From IMG/VR virus record IMGVR_UViG_3300034101_004390, positions 1-52,405 of that record: a DNA stretch of 52,405 bases, one strand, 5' to 3'. Every line of letters begins with the position of its first letter. Within the stretch, counting starts at the first letter, position 1. Of this stretch, positions 26,474 to 36,800 are shown piece by piece. The notes beneath the pieces were generated by a model. It did not search any database. It saw only the letters and a list, made by a program, of their open reading frames with translations, and was not told the origin of the DNA. This DNA comes from a virus (lineage: Duplodnaviria; Caudoviricetes). The position numbers and the translations under genes are program-made.

Positions 26474-27519
26474 TGAATCCGGGCACATTTCAAGGGCCGG
26501 GTTCTGGCGTACCCGCAGGAACTATTAGTCGTTATATTCAAACGCCGATTATCGCAACGTCGCAGACGATTGCTGTCCCGCTCGGTACGCAGCGCATTGA
26601 AGCGTTGTTATGCGGCGGTGGCGGCGGCGGAAGCGGTTACGTTGGTGGCGGTGGTGGATTTGGCGGTGCCGCAATCATAGAAATTCCTGTTACGGGTTCG
26701 CCATTGCAGATAGTTGTCGGCGCTGGCGGCGCTGGTAGTACGTCGGCAACACCCACTGTCAGCGGAAATGGTGCAAATGGATCACCAACCTACGTAGTGT
26801 CGGCTGGTACTCGCTACGCTGAAGTCGGTGGCGGTGGCGGTGGTGCATCGCAAGGAAGTAATTATTCAGGTGGCGCTGGCCGCAGCGGCGGGGGCGGTGG
26901 TGGTGGTAGTGGTAGTTTCGGCGGTGGTATTGGAGGTAATGCGCCAATAGGTAATGTGTTGTGGTCTATATATCCGCAACAGCACGGTCAAATATATAAC
27001 ACTGCTTTCACTTCTATTTTCAATGCTTTCGCCGGTAACTATTCGTATTACCCGGGAGGAACCGGGGGGGCGGGCGGCACGTATGGCAGCACTGCTGGTG
27101 GCGCTGCATGGCCGCTTCCGGCGGTCGCAGGTTCGCTTGGTGGCGGTGGCGGTGGGGCGACTGGCAGAAATGATAGCAATCAACCCACAACCGATTTGGC
27201 CGCTTACGGCGGCGGTGGCGGCGGCGGCAACGGTTATGCTGGTAGTGATGGGAATTGGGGTGGCGGCGGTGGTAGAGAAGCCGTTGGCGGCTCTTTAGCG
27301 TCGGTTTCTATCTGGGGATTGACGGGGTTTGCCGCAGGAGCCCGGTTAGGGAACCTTGGAGGTAGCGGTGGCGGTGGCTTACTCGGCGCTGGGGCAAACA
27401 ACACAGGCCCCGGTGGGTCTGCTGGCGGCAACGGCGGTGGCGGCGGTGGCTCTGCTTATACCAGCGGTAATGGCGGCAACGGCGGCAACGGTTTTGCCAT
27501 CATTCGCTTTTATCTTTGA
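26473..27519 (+). CDS. Glycine-rich putative receptor-binding protein (polyglycine-II bundle)
   Basis: Many GGGGGG runs separated by variable loops; C-terminal GNGFAIIRFY strand. Confidence 0.75.
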   Translation: MNPGTFQGPGSGVPAGTISRYIQTPIIATSQTIAVPLGTQRIEALLCGGGGGGSGYVGGGGGFGGAAIIEIPVTGSPLQIVVGAGGAGSTSATPTVSGNGANGSPTYVVSAGTRYAEVGGGGGGASQGSNYSGGAGRSGGGGGGGSGSFGGGIGGNAPIGNVLWSIYPQQHGQIYNTAFTSIFNAFAGNYSYYPGGTGGAGGTYGSTAGGAAWPLPAVAGSLGGGGGGATGRNDSNQPTTDLAAYGGGGGGGNGYAGSDGNWGGGGGREAVGGSLASVSIWGLTGFAAGARLGNLGGSGGGGLLGAGANNTGPGGSAGGNGGGGGGSAYTSGNGGNGGNGFAIIRFYL

Positions 27520-27529
27520 GGATTAAATT

Positions 27530-27967
27530 ATGTCGCGTTATGCAGTAGTTTTTGGTGATGTAGTTGATGGAATTGCCATCGCGGACTCTCCTTTGGAAGA
27601 GGCGGGTGGCATTTGGGTGCTTATTGATGGCATGAATCCCGAGCCACGACCGGGTTGGAAGTATGAAAACGGCGTGTTTTCTCCGCCTCCTGCCCCACCT
27701 CCTTTGCCTCCGCTTCCAAACATTATCACTAAAGTTGCCTTCCGCTTCCGCATGACGGATGCCGAATATGTCGGCGTCATTAATGCTGCCAAGAGTGATG
27801 CGGAAGTCGCCGCTTGGCTTGAAACTTTCAACATGGTGTCAAGGATTGATCTTGATAATCAGCGCACAAAGGACGGCGTGGCAAACCTTGTCAGCAAGAA
27901 TCTTCTGACACAGGCCCGTGCGGATGAAATTTTGACTGCGCCCGTTCAGCCCGGCGAGAGAGCATAA
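27530..27967 (+). CDS. Tail-fibre-associated/assembly protein
   Basis: MSRYAVV...GWKYENGVFSPP then ITKVAFRFRMTDAE...ARADEIL; follows RBP. Confidence 0.7.
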   Translation: MSRYAVVFGDVVDGIAIADSPLEEAGGIWVLIDGMNPEPRPGWKYENGVFSPPPAPPPLPPLPNIITKVAFRFRMTDAEYVGVINAAKSDAEVAAWLETFNMVSRIDLDNQRTKDGVANLVSKNLLTQARADEILTAPVQPGERA

Positions 27968-27969
27968 CG

Positions 27970-28137
27970 ATGGAACTTGCCATTAAATTAACCGTTGAAG
28001 AGGTTAATTTATTGCTCGGCGTGTTAAGCCAATTGCCTAACTCGTCCGGCACTTTCCCGCTGATGATGAAGATCAAAGAGCAAGGTTCTGCGCAATTAAA
28101 GTTGCCAGAGCCTCTGCCCGAGATTCCGGCAAACTAA
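27970..28137 (+). CDS. Small protein (55 aa, LTVEEVNLLLGVLSQLP...LMMKIKEQG); absent from ORF track
   Basis: Hand translation; pattern typical of small tail-fibre-linked helical proteins; fills gap. Confidence 0.75.
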   Translation: MELAIKLTVEEVNLLLGVLSQLPNSSGTFPLMMKIKEQGSAQLKLPEPLPEIPAN

Positions 28138-28141
28138 GATC

Positions 28142-28912
28142 ATGGCTGCAGCAACAAACCCGCTGACTTACAACGATTATGTGACTCAAGTCGCGACGTT
28201 GGCTGTCGTCAATACGACGACGTCATCGGGTGTTATTGTGGGCGTCGATACTGAGTTCAACAACCTGATTCCACAGATGTTGAACTATGCCGAGTTGCGC
28301 ATTCAGCGCGATATTGACTTGCTGCCATCCCAGACGTCTGCTAACTATGTGCTAAACGTAGGCAGCAATCTCTTGCAAGTGCCGGTAGATGACTTTGTCA
28401 CGATCCAGACGGTTAGCGTGGTCAGCGGCACCGCCCAATTACCGCTGTTGCCGGCGACTAAAGAGTTCCTGCAGAACGTCTACAACGATTCGTCGTCGAC
28501 GGGCCAGCCTAAATACTTCGCCATGTTTGGCGGTGACCAAGCGAGTGGCGGCAATACGTGGAACAACCTTGTTTTTGGTCCATATGCCAACAATGCTTAT
28601 GCAATCGTGATTACGGGCACGCAGCGCTTGCCGAGCCTGTATAAGTTTGGTGTCCCGGCTACGGCAGCCACGGCAACCACGTTCATTAGCGCAAACCTGC
28701 CTGATCTTTTGATTCAGGCATCCATGATTTACATCAGCCAGTTCCAGCGCAACTTTGGCCCGGCGGCCAACGATCCCAACATGGGACCGACATTCGAGTT
28801 GCAGTATCAGAACTTGTTGAAATCCGCATTTGTTGAGGAGGCGAGAAAGAAGTTTGCAGCATCGGCGTGGTCGTCGATGTCACCCCCGATGGCCGCTACC
28901 CCGACGAGGTAG
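28142..28912 (+). CDS. Tail adaptor/gatekeeper-like protein
   Basis: IPQMLNYAELRIQRD, GQPKYFA, PDLLIxASM motifs; directly upstream of nozzle. Confidence 0.7.
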   Translation: MAAATNPLTYNDYVTQVATLAVVNTTTSSGVIVGVDTEFNNLIPQMLNYAELRIQRDIDLLPSQTSANYVLNVGSNLLQVPVDDFVTIQTVSVVSGTAQLPLLPATKEFLQNVYNDSSSTGQPKYFAMFGGDQASGGNTWNNLVFGPYANNAYAIVITGTQRLPSLYKFGVPATAATATTFISANLPDLLIQASMIYISQFQRNFGPAANDPNMGPTFELQYQNLLKSAFVEEARKKFAASAWSSMSPPMAATPTR

Positions 28913-28915
28913 CGC

Positions 28916-30997
28916 ATGCCTCACGCCTCAGTCAAACTCAAACCGGGTATTGACCAGAACGAAACGCCAGCCCTTAACGAGGCTGGTATTTCGTTTTCTA
29001 ACCTCATCCGTTTTATCTACGACCGCGACGGTCTGGGCCTTATCCAGAAGTTGGGCGGTTGGACTAAGTTCTATCCCAACACGATTGAATCAATTGTTCG
29101 TGCCTTGTGGGCATGGGAAGACACTAACTCCAATTCGCACTTGGCTGTCGGCACGCAGAACAACGCTATCACTGGCGTTGCAAACCTTAGCGTCATTACA
29201 AACGGCCTACGCGACAACATTACGCCGCAGACGCTAACAGACAACCTTGCTTTGCAGTTCTCGACGACCGCGGGTAGCCCCGTTGTCACCGTTACCGACA
29301 CCACAAACACCGATATCTCTGACTTTGACTCTGTTTACATACAGGTTCAGGTTGCTATCGGCGGACTAATCCTGTTTGGCAACTATCGAACTTTTGCGAT
29401 CAGCAGCACGACGTACAACATTATTGCGACAGATTTATTGGGCGCACCGCAGGCCGCAGCCACTTCATCAACAACCGAAGTGCTGCCTGAGATTGACGTT
29501 ACGTCAGGATCTGCAATCGTCAGTATTACGTTGCCCAATCACGGTTACGTCGTAGGCGATACGTTCCCAATTTTGGCATCCACGGTCGTTGGTGGCGCCA
29601 CGTTTTTTGGTAACTACATTGTTCAAGATGTTCTAAACGCGAATGAGTTTACGATTATCTCGACGGTTCTTCCTACATCGTCGACGACTGGATTCGTTAA
29701 CGGAAACGATGTTCGAGTGACCTACAACTTCGGCGCAGCGCCGGGCGCCGTAGGTTACGGATATGGCGGCAACGGATATGGCTTAGGCGGATATGGCAAT
29801 GGCGTCTCGCCTGCCTCTCTGTCCGGCAGCGAAATAACCGCATTCGACTGGACCCTTGATAACTGGGGTGAAGTTCTCATCGCCTGCCCGCGTAACGACA
29901 CGCTGTATCAGCCAATTTACGAATGGAATCCAACATCAGGCATTCCTATCGCAAGCGTTATCCCTGAAGCCCCGATGGTCAACGATGGCGTGTTTGTGGC
30001 TATGCCTCAGCGCCAGATCATCGCGTGGGGATCTACGTTCAGCGGCGTGCAAGATCCGTTGTTAATTCGCTGGTGCGACGTCAACAACTACAATTCTTGG
30101 ATCGGCACAGTCACTAATCAGGCCGGTTCGTATCGCATCCCGAAAGGCTCTAAGATTGTCGGCTGCTTGCAGGGTCCGCAGCAGGCGCTGGTATGGACCG
30201 ACCTCGGCGTCTGGGCCATGCAGTACGTGGGTCCGCCGTTTGTGTACTCGTTCAACGAGATCGGCACGGGCTGCGGATTGATCGCCAAGAAAGCCGCGGC
30301 ATCAATCTCGGGTTCGGTGTATTGGATGGGCCCCTCGCAGTTCTTCAAACTGTCGGGAGAGGGCGTGGCTCCGGTCGCGTGTCCGATTTGGGACGTGATC
30401 TTCCAAGATCTCGATCAAACCCAACTTGACAAGATTCGTGTCGCCGTGAACTCGCGATTCGGCGAAATTACGTGGTACTACCCGACCGAAAGCAATGGCG
30501 GCGAAGTCAACGCCTACGCGAAGTACAACGTGTATCTGCAACAGTGGGACTACGGCACGCTGGCTCGATCGGCATGGATTGACCAATCAGTGCTGGGTCC
30601 GCCGATTGGCGCAGACCCGGATTCGCTGTACATCTATCAGCATGAGACCTCGACCGACGCTGACGGTCAGCCGTTGCTGGCCAGTTTCCAGACCGGTTAC
30701 TTCACGATGTCGAATGCCGACGTGAAGATGTTTGTCGACCAAGTGTGGCCCGATATGAAGTGGGGCTACTTTGGCGGCACGCAGAATGCGACGGTTAACC
30801 TGACGTTCTTCACGACGGATTACCCGGGCCAGACGCCCCAGCAGTTTGGCCCATATCCGCTTACGCAGAGCACCACGTTTATATCGCCTCGATTCCGCGG
30901 GCGCCTCGTATCGATTAAGTTGGACAGCACTGATGTCGGTAGTTTCTGGCGTATCGGTAATATCCGATATCGAACCAAAGAAGACGGTAAATTCTGA
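28916..30997 (+). CDS. Tail nozzle/stabilisation protein (P22 gp10/T7 gp12-like)
   Basis: KLKPGI N-terminus, QKLGGW, WTLDNWGE, LIRWCD, VWTD, YWMG, RxRGR C-terminal motifs. Confidence 0.75.
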   Translation: MPHASVKLKPGIDQNETPALNEAGISFSNLIRFIYDRDGLGLIQKLGGWTKFYPNTIESIVRALWAWEDTNSNSHLAVGTQNNAITGVANLSVITNGLRDNITPQTLTDNLALQFSTTAGSPVVTVTDTTNTDISDFDSVYIQVQVAIGGLILFGNYRTFAISSTTYNIIATDLLGAPQAAATSSTTEVLPEIDVTSGSAIVSITLPNHGYVVGDTFPILASTVVGGATFFGNYIVQDVLNANEFTIISTVLPTSSTTGFVNGNDVRVTYNFGAAPGAVGYGYGGNGYGLGGYGNGVSPASLSGSEITAFDWTLDNWGEVLIACPRNDTLYQPIYEWNPTSGIPIASVIPEAPMVNDGVFVAMPQRQIIAWGSTFSGVQDPLLIRWCDVNNYNSWIGTVTNQAGSYRIPKGSKIVGCLQGPQQALVWTDLGVWAMQYVGPPFVYSFNEIGTGCGLIAKKAAASISGSVYWMGPSQFFKLSGEGVAPVACPIWDVIFQDLDQTQLDKIRVAVNSRFGEITWYYPTESNGGEVNAYAKYNVYLQQWDYGTLARSAWIDQSVLGPPIGADPDSLYIYQHETSTDADGQPLLASFQTGYFTMSNADVKMFVDQVWPDMKWGYFGGTQNATVNLTFFTTDYPGQTPQQFGPYPLTQSTTFISPRFRGRLVSIKLDSTDVGSFWRIGNIRYRTKEDGKF

Positions 30998-31425
30998 TGA
31001 CGACGTCACTAACAGACATCCTAACAACTCAAAAGAATGGCGTGATCGCCATCAACAATCTTGCGAGTTATACCCAGACGATTGCGAGTTATACGACCGT
31101 GCTCGCTGGGACCGATCAGTTGGCTCCGCCCACGGGTGGCACGACGAGTTATGCGACGATTTACACGGCGCCTGCCGGAGTGATTGGCCGGATCTCTGAG
31201 ATTGATATCTGCAACGGCAACGCTACGGCTGCGAGTTTCTACATCCATTTGATTCCGGCGGGCGGAACGGCAAGCACCTCAAACGCGCTGTTCTTCAACG
31301 CACCGATCAATGGCAACACGACGGTTCAGTGGACGGGCGGTCTTGCGCTTAACGCAGGCGACTTTGTTCAAGTTAAGGCATCCGTAACGGGCATCACGTT
31401 CAACGTCAGCGGTGGAATCGTATGA
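30997..31425 (+). CDS. Tail-associated beta-sandwich protein
   Basis: TGATG coupling; TIYTAP...IxEIDICN...LALNAGDFVQ. Confidence 0.7.
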   Translation: MTTSLTDILTTQKNGVIAINNLASYTQTIASYTTVLAGTDQLAPPTGGTTSYATIYTAPAGVIGRISEIDICNGNATAASFYIHLIPAGGTASTSNALFFNAPINGNTTVQWTGGLALNAGDFVQVKASVTGITFNVSGGIV

Positions 31426-32684
31426 CGATTAACGTATATCCGCCGTACGGATCGGGTCCAAACAACCCGGTCAACATCGCGTTTCCGCCGACTGCGCTCG
31501 ATGCGTTTGGGCGATTGCAGGTTTCTGAGCCTTATACGCTGTTCGACAGTCAGAATCGTTACGCTACGGACAATCAATTTGACACGGCACTAACGGGAAC
31601 CGGAACGACGTCGTTTCTGACTAACGAAGCCGCCGTGAACATGGAAGTGACGAGCGGAGGAGTTGGCTCCGTTGTTCGTCAATCTTATCGATCCCTGCCT
31701 TATCAGCCCGGCAAGGGGCTTTTAGTGTTGGCGACATTTGTAATGTCGAGCAGCACTAGCGCAAACTTAACCCAACGCGCAGGGTATTTTAATTCCGAAA
31801 ACGGCGTGTTTTTTCAAAAAGTAGGAAGCACGCTTTCGTTTGTTTTGCGTTCTTTTGTGACTGGCGTTTCAAGTGACGCTCGAACCGTCAACCAGTCCTC
31901 ATGGAACGGTGACAAGTTAGACGGCACCGGGCCTAGTGGTATTACGCTTGATGTCAGTAAAGCGCAAATTTTATGGATGGATTTTGAATGGCTCGGCGTA
32001 GGTTCCGTGCGATGCGGATTTGTCATCAACGGTATCTTTTACCTTTGCCATACATTCAATAACGCAAATATCATCTCGAATGTGTACATGACGACGGCAA
32101 CTTTGCCGGTGCGTTATGAAATCACTTCTGTAACAGCGGCCGTAGCCGCATCAATGAAGCAGATTTGTTCGACGGTGATATCGGAAGGTGGTTACGAACA
32201 AGCGTCAATTGACCACATAGCAAGACGAACAACGGTACTTGGAACAATCAACACGGCCGCAAATTTTCTTCCGGTAGTGTCGATTCGATTGGCGGCGGGC
32301 CGCACAGGCGCTGTTGTCATTCCAAATAGAATTCAGTTTCAACCGACATCTTTGCAAAACTACGAACTTGCATTGATTAAAAATCCAACGTTGACTGGCG
32401 CTACATGGGCGGCAACCGTTCCATCAGACTCCAATGTTGAATTTGACGTAGCGGCTACAGCGATTTCTGCGGCCGGCACGATTGTGCAAACCGGGTATAT
32501 CGCAAGTAGCGGTGGCGGCGGTCAGGCAAGCACGTTGGCCCCAACGGGTTATAACTGGGACTTGCAACTTGGCGCGACGATTGCTGACGTCAGTGACATT
32601 TATACTTTAGGCGTGCGAACTATTTCGGGCGCCACAACGGGCGACGGCGTCGGTTCCATCTCGTTCTACGATCTGACTCAATAA
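31422..32684 (+). CDS. Virion structural protein (DAFGRLxVSEPxTLFD family, lectin-like beta folds)
   Basis: DAFGRLQVSEPYTLFDS, YQPGK, WNGDKLDGTG, DFEWLGVGSVRCG motifs. Confidence 0.75.
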   Translation: MTINVYPPYGSGPNNPVNIAFPPTALDAFGRLQVSEPYTLFDSQNRYATDNQFDTALTGTGTTSFLTNEAAVNMEVTSGGVGSVVRQSYRSLPYQPGKGLLVLATFVMSSSTSANLTQRAGYFNSENGVFFQKVGSTLSFVLRSFVTGVSSDARTVNQSSWNGDKLDGTGPSGITLDVSKAQILWMDFEWLGVGSVRCGFVINGIFYLCHTFNNANIISNVYMTTATLPVRYEITSVTAAVAASMKQICSTVISEGGYEQASIDHIARRTTVLGTINTAANFLPVVSIRLAAGRTGAVVIPNRIQFQPTSLQNYELALIKNPTLTGATWAATVPSDSNVEFDVAATAISAAGTIVQTGYIASSGGGGQASTLAPTGYNWDLQLGATIADVSDIYTLGVRTISGATTGDGVGSISFYDLTQ

Positions 32685-32693
32685 GGGGCGATC

Positions 32694-33347
32694 ATGCCGC
32701 TGCAAAAAGGAAAGTCTCAGGAAACCATCAGCAGCAACATCAGCGAGATGGTTCATGCCGGTCACCCGCAGAAGCAGGCGATTGCCGCAGCACTGCAGAC
32801 GGCTCGCGAGTCTGCCAAGGGCGGCTTGCGCATGCCTAAGCCCAAAATGCCAAGCCTCGGCAAGCCGATGAAGTTGCACACCGGCCCGATCCACAGCGCC
32901 GTGGCTGGTCGCACCGATCACCTTCCTATGCACGTTCCGTCGGGGTCATACGTGATCCCGGCCGACATCATTTCAGCCATGGGCGAAGGCAACACCATGG
33001 CTGGCTTCAAGCAGATGAAGCGCATCTTTGGCGGCACTCCGTATGGCGGTAAAAAGCAGCCGTACAACGTCGCAGGCGGCCCTTACGGCATGTCGAGTGA
33101 TATGCCTTATGGTCAAGGCGCTGGCCCGTATGGCGGTGAGTTGCCGGGCAAGGCCGAGGGCGGCGAAACTGATTCGGTGCCGATTGTGGCTGCCGGCGGT
33201 GAATACGTCCTATCGCCCGAAGAAGTTCGTATGGTTGGAGAAGGAGATTTAGAAGTCGGACACAAAGTCCTTGATGAATTCGTAAAGCGATTCCGTAAAG
33301 AAACTATCAAAACGTTACAGAAACTACCCGGACCAAAGAAGGATTAA
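32694..33347 (+). CDS. Small internal-virion-module protein: MPLxKGKS...QAIAAAL helix plus two D-x-[LV]-P...G[ES]YV modules (candidate GG-site processing factor)
   Basis: GRTDHLPMHVPSGSYVIPADII and ETDSVPIVAAGGEYVLSPEEV, preceded by SAKGG and KAEGG respectively. Confidence 0.7.
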   Translation: MPLQKGKSQETISSNISEMVHAGHPQKQAIAAALQTARESAKGGLRMPKPKMPSLGKPMKLHTGPIHSAVAGRTDHLPMHVPSGSYVIPADIISAMGEGNTMAGFKQMKRIFGGTPYGGKKQPYNVAGGPYGMSSDMPYGQGAGPYGGELPGKAEGGETDSVPIVAAGGEYVLSPEEVRMVGEGDLEVGHKVLDEFVKRFRKETIKTLQKLPGPKKD

Positions 33348-33349
33348 TT

Positions 33350-33841
33350 ATGGCTGACGATATCAAGATCAGAGTTGCGACCGCCGAAGACCTCGACGAG
33401 ATTATGAAAATCGCGTTGGCGGCATGTGAAGAGAACGGATTCCTGAACCCAAACCCGCAGAAACTGGCCGCTGAGATTTGGCCGGCTCTGCATCAAGACC
33501 ACGGTATTTGTGGCGTTATCGGCAAACCGGGCGGCCCAATTGAGGGCGTCGTCCTGCTGCGCATCGGTAGCATGTGGTATTCCGACGCTCAGGTTGTCGA
33601 AGAGAAGGCTATTTTCATTCACCCAGAATTTCGTAGCGCCAAAGGCGGACGCGCTAAGCGCCTGTGCGAATTCAGCAAGAAGGTTGCTGATACTCTTGGA
33701 ATTCCGCTGATTATCGGCGTACTATCCAATAGCCGCACAGAAGCCAAAGTTCGCATGTACGAGCGCCAGTTTGGCAAACCAAGCGGTGCTTTCTTCCTCT
33801 ACGGCGCAAAAACCGGAGAGTTCCAGAGAATGGAGCAGTAA
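33350..33841 (+). CDS. GNAT-fold protein preceding ejection proteins
   Basis: IRVATAEDL, WYSD...EKAIFIHPEFRS, YERQ motifs; conserved position before internal virion genes in podoviruses. Confidence 0.75.
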   Translation: MADDIKIRVATAEDLDEIMKIALAACEENGFLNPNPQKLAAEIWPALHQDHGICGVIGKPGGPIEGVVLLRIGSMWYSDAQVVEEKAIFIHPEFRSAKGGRAKRLCEFSKKVADTLGIPLIIGVLSNSRTEAKVRMYERQFGKPSGAFFLYGAKTGEFQRMEQ

Positions 33842-36800
33842 ATGGGCGGCAAAACAAGTAAGAGTACCCAAACAGTATCCATTCCACCGGAGGTACTGGC
33901 GCGGTACAACGCAGTTAACGCGCGTGCTGAGGACGTCGCCAGCCGGCCGTTTCAGCCGTACTCTTACAACCCCGCCGACTTTGTCGCCCAACTGACTCCG
34001 ACCCAGTTGGCGGGTATTCAAAACGTCAACTACGCCGCCGGACAGGCTCAGCCGTACTTCGACGAAGCCACCAATCAGTTGATGGGCGCCCAAATGGCCG
34101 CCACGCCGTATTACGCTCAAGCAGAGCAGGATGTCGGTTACGGCCAGCAGTACGGCATGGCCGGCACTCAGGCTGCCCAGAATCTAATGTACGGCGGTAT
34201 CAATGCCGCTTACCCGCTGAACTATCAGTCTTTGCAGACGATGGGCGCTGCTCAAGATGTCGGCGCGCAGTTGGCGCGACAAGCATATGCTCAGCAGGCC
34301 CGTGCAGGCGCAACTGCAGATCCGTTCAATTACGCAGCATCTGGTGCATATCAGCAGGGTTATGGGCAGGGACAGGAACTGCTCGGTCGCGGAGTTGAAC
34401 AGTTTTATGGCGCATTAGGCGCTGCTCAGCCACTGCAATACGAAGCAGCCGGCGGCATTCGAGATGCGCTGGGTGTGGGTCGTCAGTTAGGCGCTCAGTC
34501 GTATGCAACGACGCAGCGAGCCGGCGAAACGACCATGCCGATCAACTATCAGTCGCTGGCAGGTTTGCAGCAGGCTCTTGCAGCCGCGCAGCCTTATACG
34601 CAAGAAGCGACCCAGCGATACGGTGTTGGTTTAGAAAAAGCCGATCCTCTGCAGCAGTATGCTTTGCAGACGTTAGGTCGAGCCGGTATGACCGGCGAAT
34701 CGATCTCTGGCGAAGCACTAGGAAGCCTTGCTCGCGCTGGATACGCCGCACAGCCTTTGCAGCAGTTGGCTCAGGGCATTTACGGCGAAGCCTATCAAGG
34801 CGCGCAGCCCTACAACGTTGCCGCTCTCCAGCAGTATTACGGCGGCCTCGGCGCCGCTGGCCCAATAAGCCAGCAAGCCCTACAAAACGTCGCTGCCGCT
34901 CAGGCTGGCGCGCAACCGTATCAGCAGTATGCAACTGAACTCGGTCTTGCTGCGGCTCGCCCGGTAGCGCCGGGTCAATTGACTGGATTCGAGATCGGTC
35001 AGTATATGAGCCCGTACATGTCGACCGTGGTCGGCCAGACGCAGGCTCTGCTCAATCAGCAAGCGCAGCAGGCTCAGGCCGAACAGACTGGTAATGCGAT
35101 TCGTGCGGGCGCCTTCGGTGGCGACCGTGCTCGTATCGCTGCCGCAAACCTTCAGCAACAACAGCAGTTGGCGCAGGGTAAAGTCCTTGGAGATCTTCTG
35201 CAGTCTGGTTACGGTCAGGCGCTGCAAACCGCTCAGCAACAGCAGCAGATCAATCTTTCTGCCGAGCAAGCCAACCGCGCCGCTCAACAGGCCGCTGCAG
35301 GTCAGTTGCTTGGCGTTGGTCAGACCGGATTCGGTCAGGGCATTTCTGCCGCTCAACAGCAGGCCGCGTTGGCTCAGCAGTTATTCGGCCAGCAAATGGC
35401 CGCCGGTCAAGGCATCGCAGGCCTCGGTCAGCAAACGTTTGCTCAAGGTCTATCGGCTGGTCAAGCGCAGCAGGCTCTCGCGCAACAGTTGTTCGGCCAA
35501 GGCGCCACGACCGCTCAGCAGCAGGCTGCGATCGCTCAGTCGCTGTTTGGTCAGGGCGCAACGTCGGCAGCCCAACAGGCCGCTCTCGCTCAACAGATGT
35601 TCGGCCAGCAGGCTACGACCGCTCAGGGTCTTGCCGCCCTTGGTCAGCAGTTGTACTCGCAGGGCACCGGCACCGCACAGGCTCAGGCTGCAATCGGCCA
35701 GCAGATGTTTGCGCAGCAGATGGCGCAGGCACAGCAAGAGGCCGCTCTCAGTCAGATGCTATACGGGCAGGGCCTTGGCGCTTCACAAGCGCAAGCCGCT
35801 CTTGCTCAACAACAATTTGCTCAGCAACAAGGTGTTGGGCAAAACCTGCTCGCCGCTGGCCAGCAAGGCTTTCAGCAGGGCTTAGGTCTCGGTCAAGCCC
35901 AGCAGGGCCTTGGTCAGCAGTTATTTAGCCAAAACATGCAGCAGGCTCAGCAGCAGGCTGCACTGAGTCAGTTGTTGTTTGGCCAAGGCACGACCGCCGC
36001 ACAACAGCAAGCCGCAATCGGCCAGCAGTTGTTTGGTCAGGGCCTCAGCGCCTCGCAGCAGCAAGCCGCACTGGGTCAGCAGGGTTTTGCTCAGCAGTTA
36101 GCCGCCGCTCAGGCTCGTCAGCAGTTGGGTCAAGGCCTATACGGTATGGGCACAGGTACGGCCCAGCAGTTGGCAGCCCTTGGCACAGGCGCTCAGGGCG
36201 CTGCTCTGCAGGGTGCTCAGGCTCAGTTGGCTGCGGGTCAAGCCCAGCAGCAGACCGCTCAGGCTGGCCTACAGGCGCTTTACAACCAGTTCCTGCAGCA
36301 GCAGGCGTATCCGTTCCAAGTCGCGCAGTTCCTCGGAAACATCGCGATGGGTACGGGCGCGCTTTCTGGATCAACCACGACGACGGTACAACCGGGCAGC
36401 ATTTTCCAAACGTCTGACATCCGCGCAAAAGAGAACGTACGCGAGGTTGGTAAGACGCTCGATGGGCAGCCGATTTATGCTTACAACTACAAGGGCGACC
36501 CGAAAACCCAGATGGGTCTTATCGCTCAGGAAGTTGAAGAGCGACATCCTGATGCAGTAGCAAAAATTGGCGGCTTGAAGGCCGTTAACTACGAGCGCGC
36601 CACTCGCGATGCGGCTCGTCGCGGTGATGCTATCGACGCGGAATTTTCGCCGATTAGCGAAGGCGGCTCCGTAACACGCGAGCGCGCCGGTCTCGGCTTT
36701 GCCGACGGCGGAATGCCTGATACGAATGATGCAGCAAATCGCGCTGAAGAAGAGATGAAGCAGCGTCAACAAGAGCAGGCTGCTCAAAATGAACAGCGTG

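Noticed and set aside
22467-27519. GG dipeptides in tail fibres and the Gly-rich protein as processing sites
   Set aside because: Explained by fibre repeat and polyglycine composition; they mostly lack the basic/aromatic-[AK]-x-GG-x-V context
35321-36184. 54-nt periodicity as a possible CRISPR array or DNA tandem repeat
   Set aside because: Units are degenerate at synonymous positions, have no spacer structure and lie in frame in a protein; no cas genes
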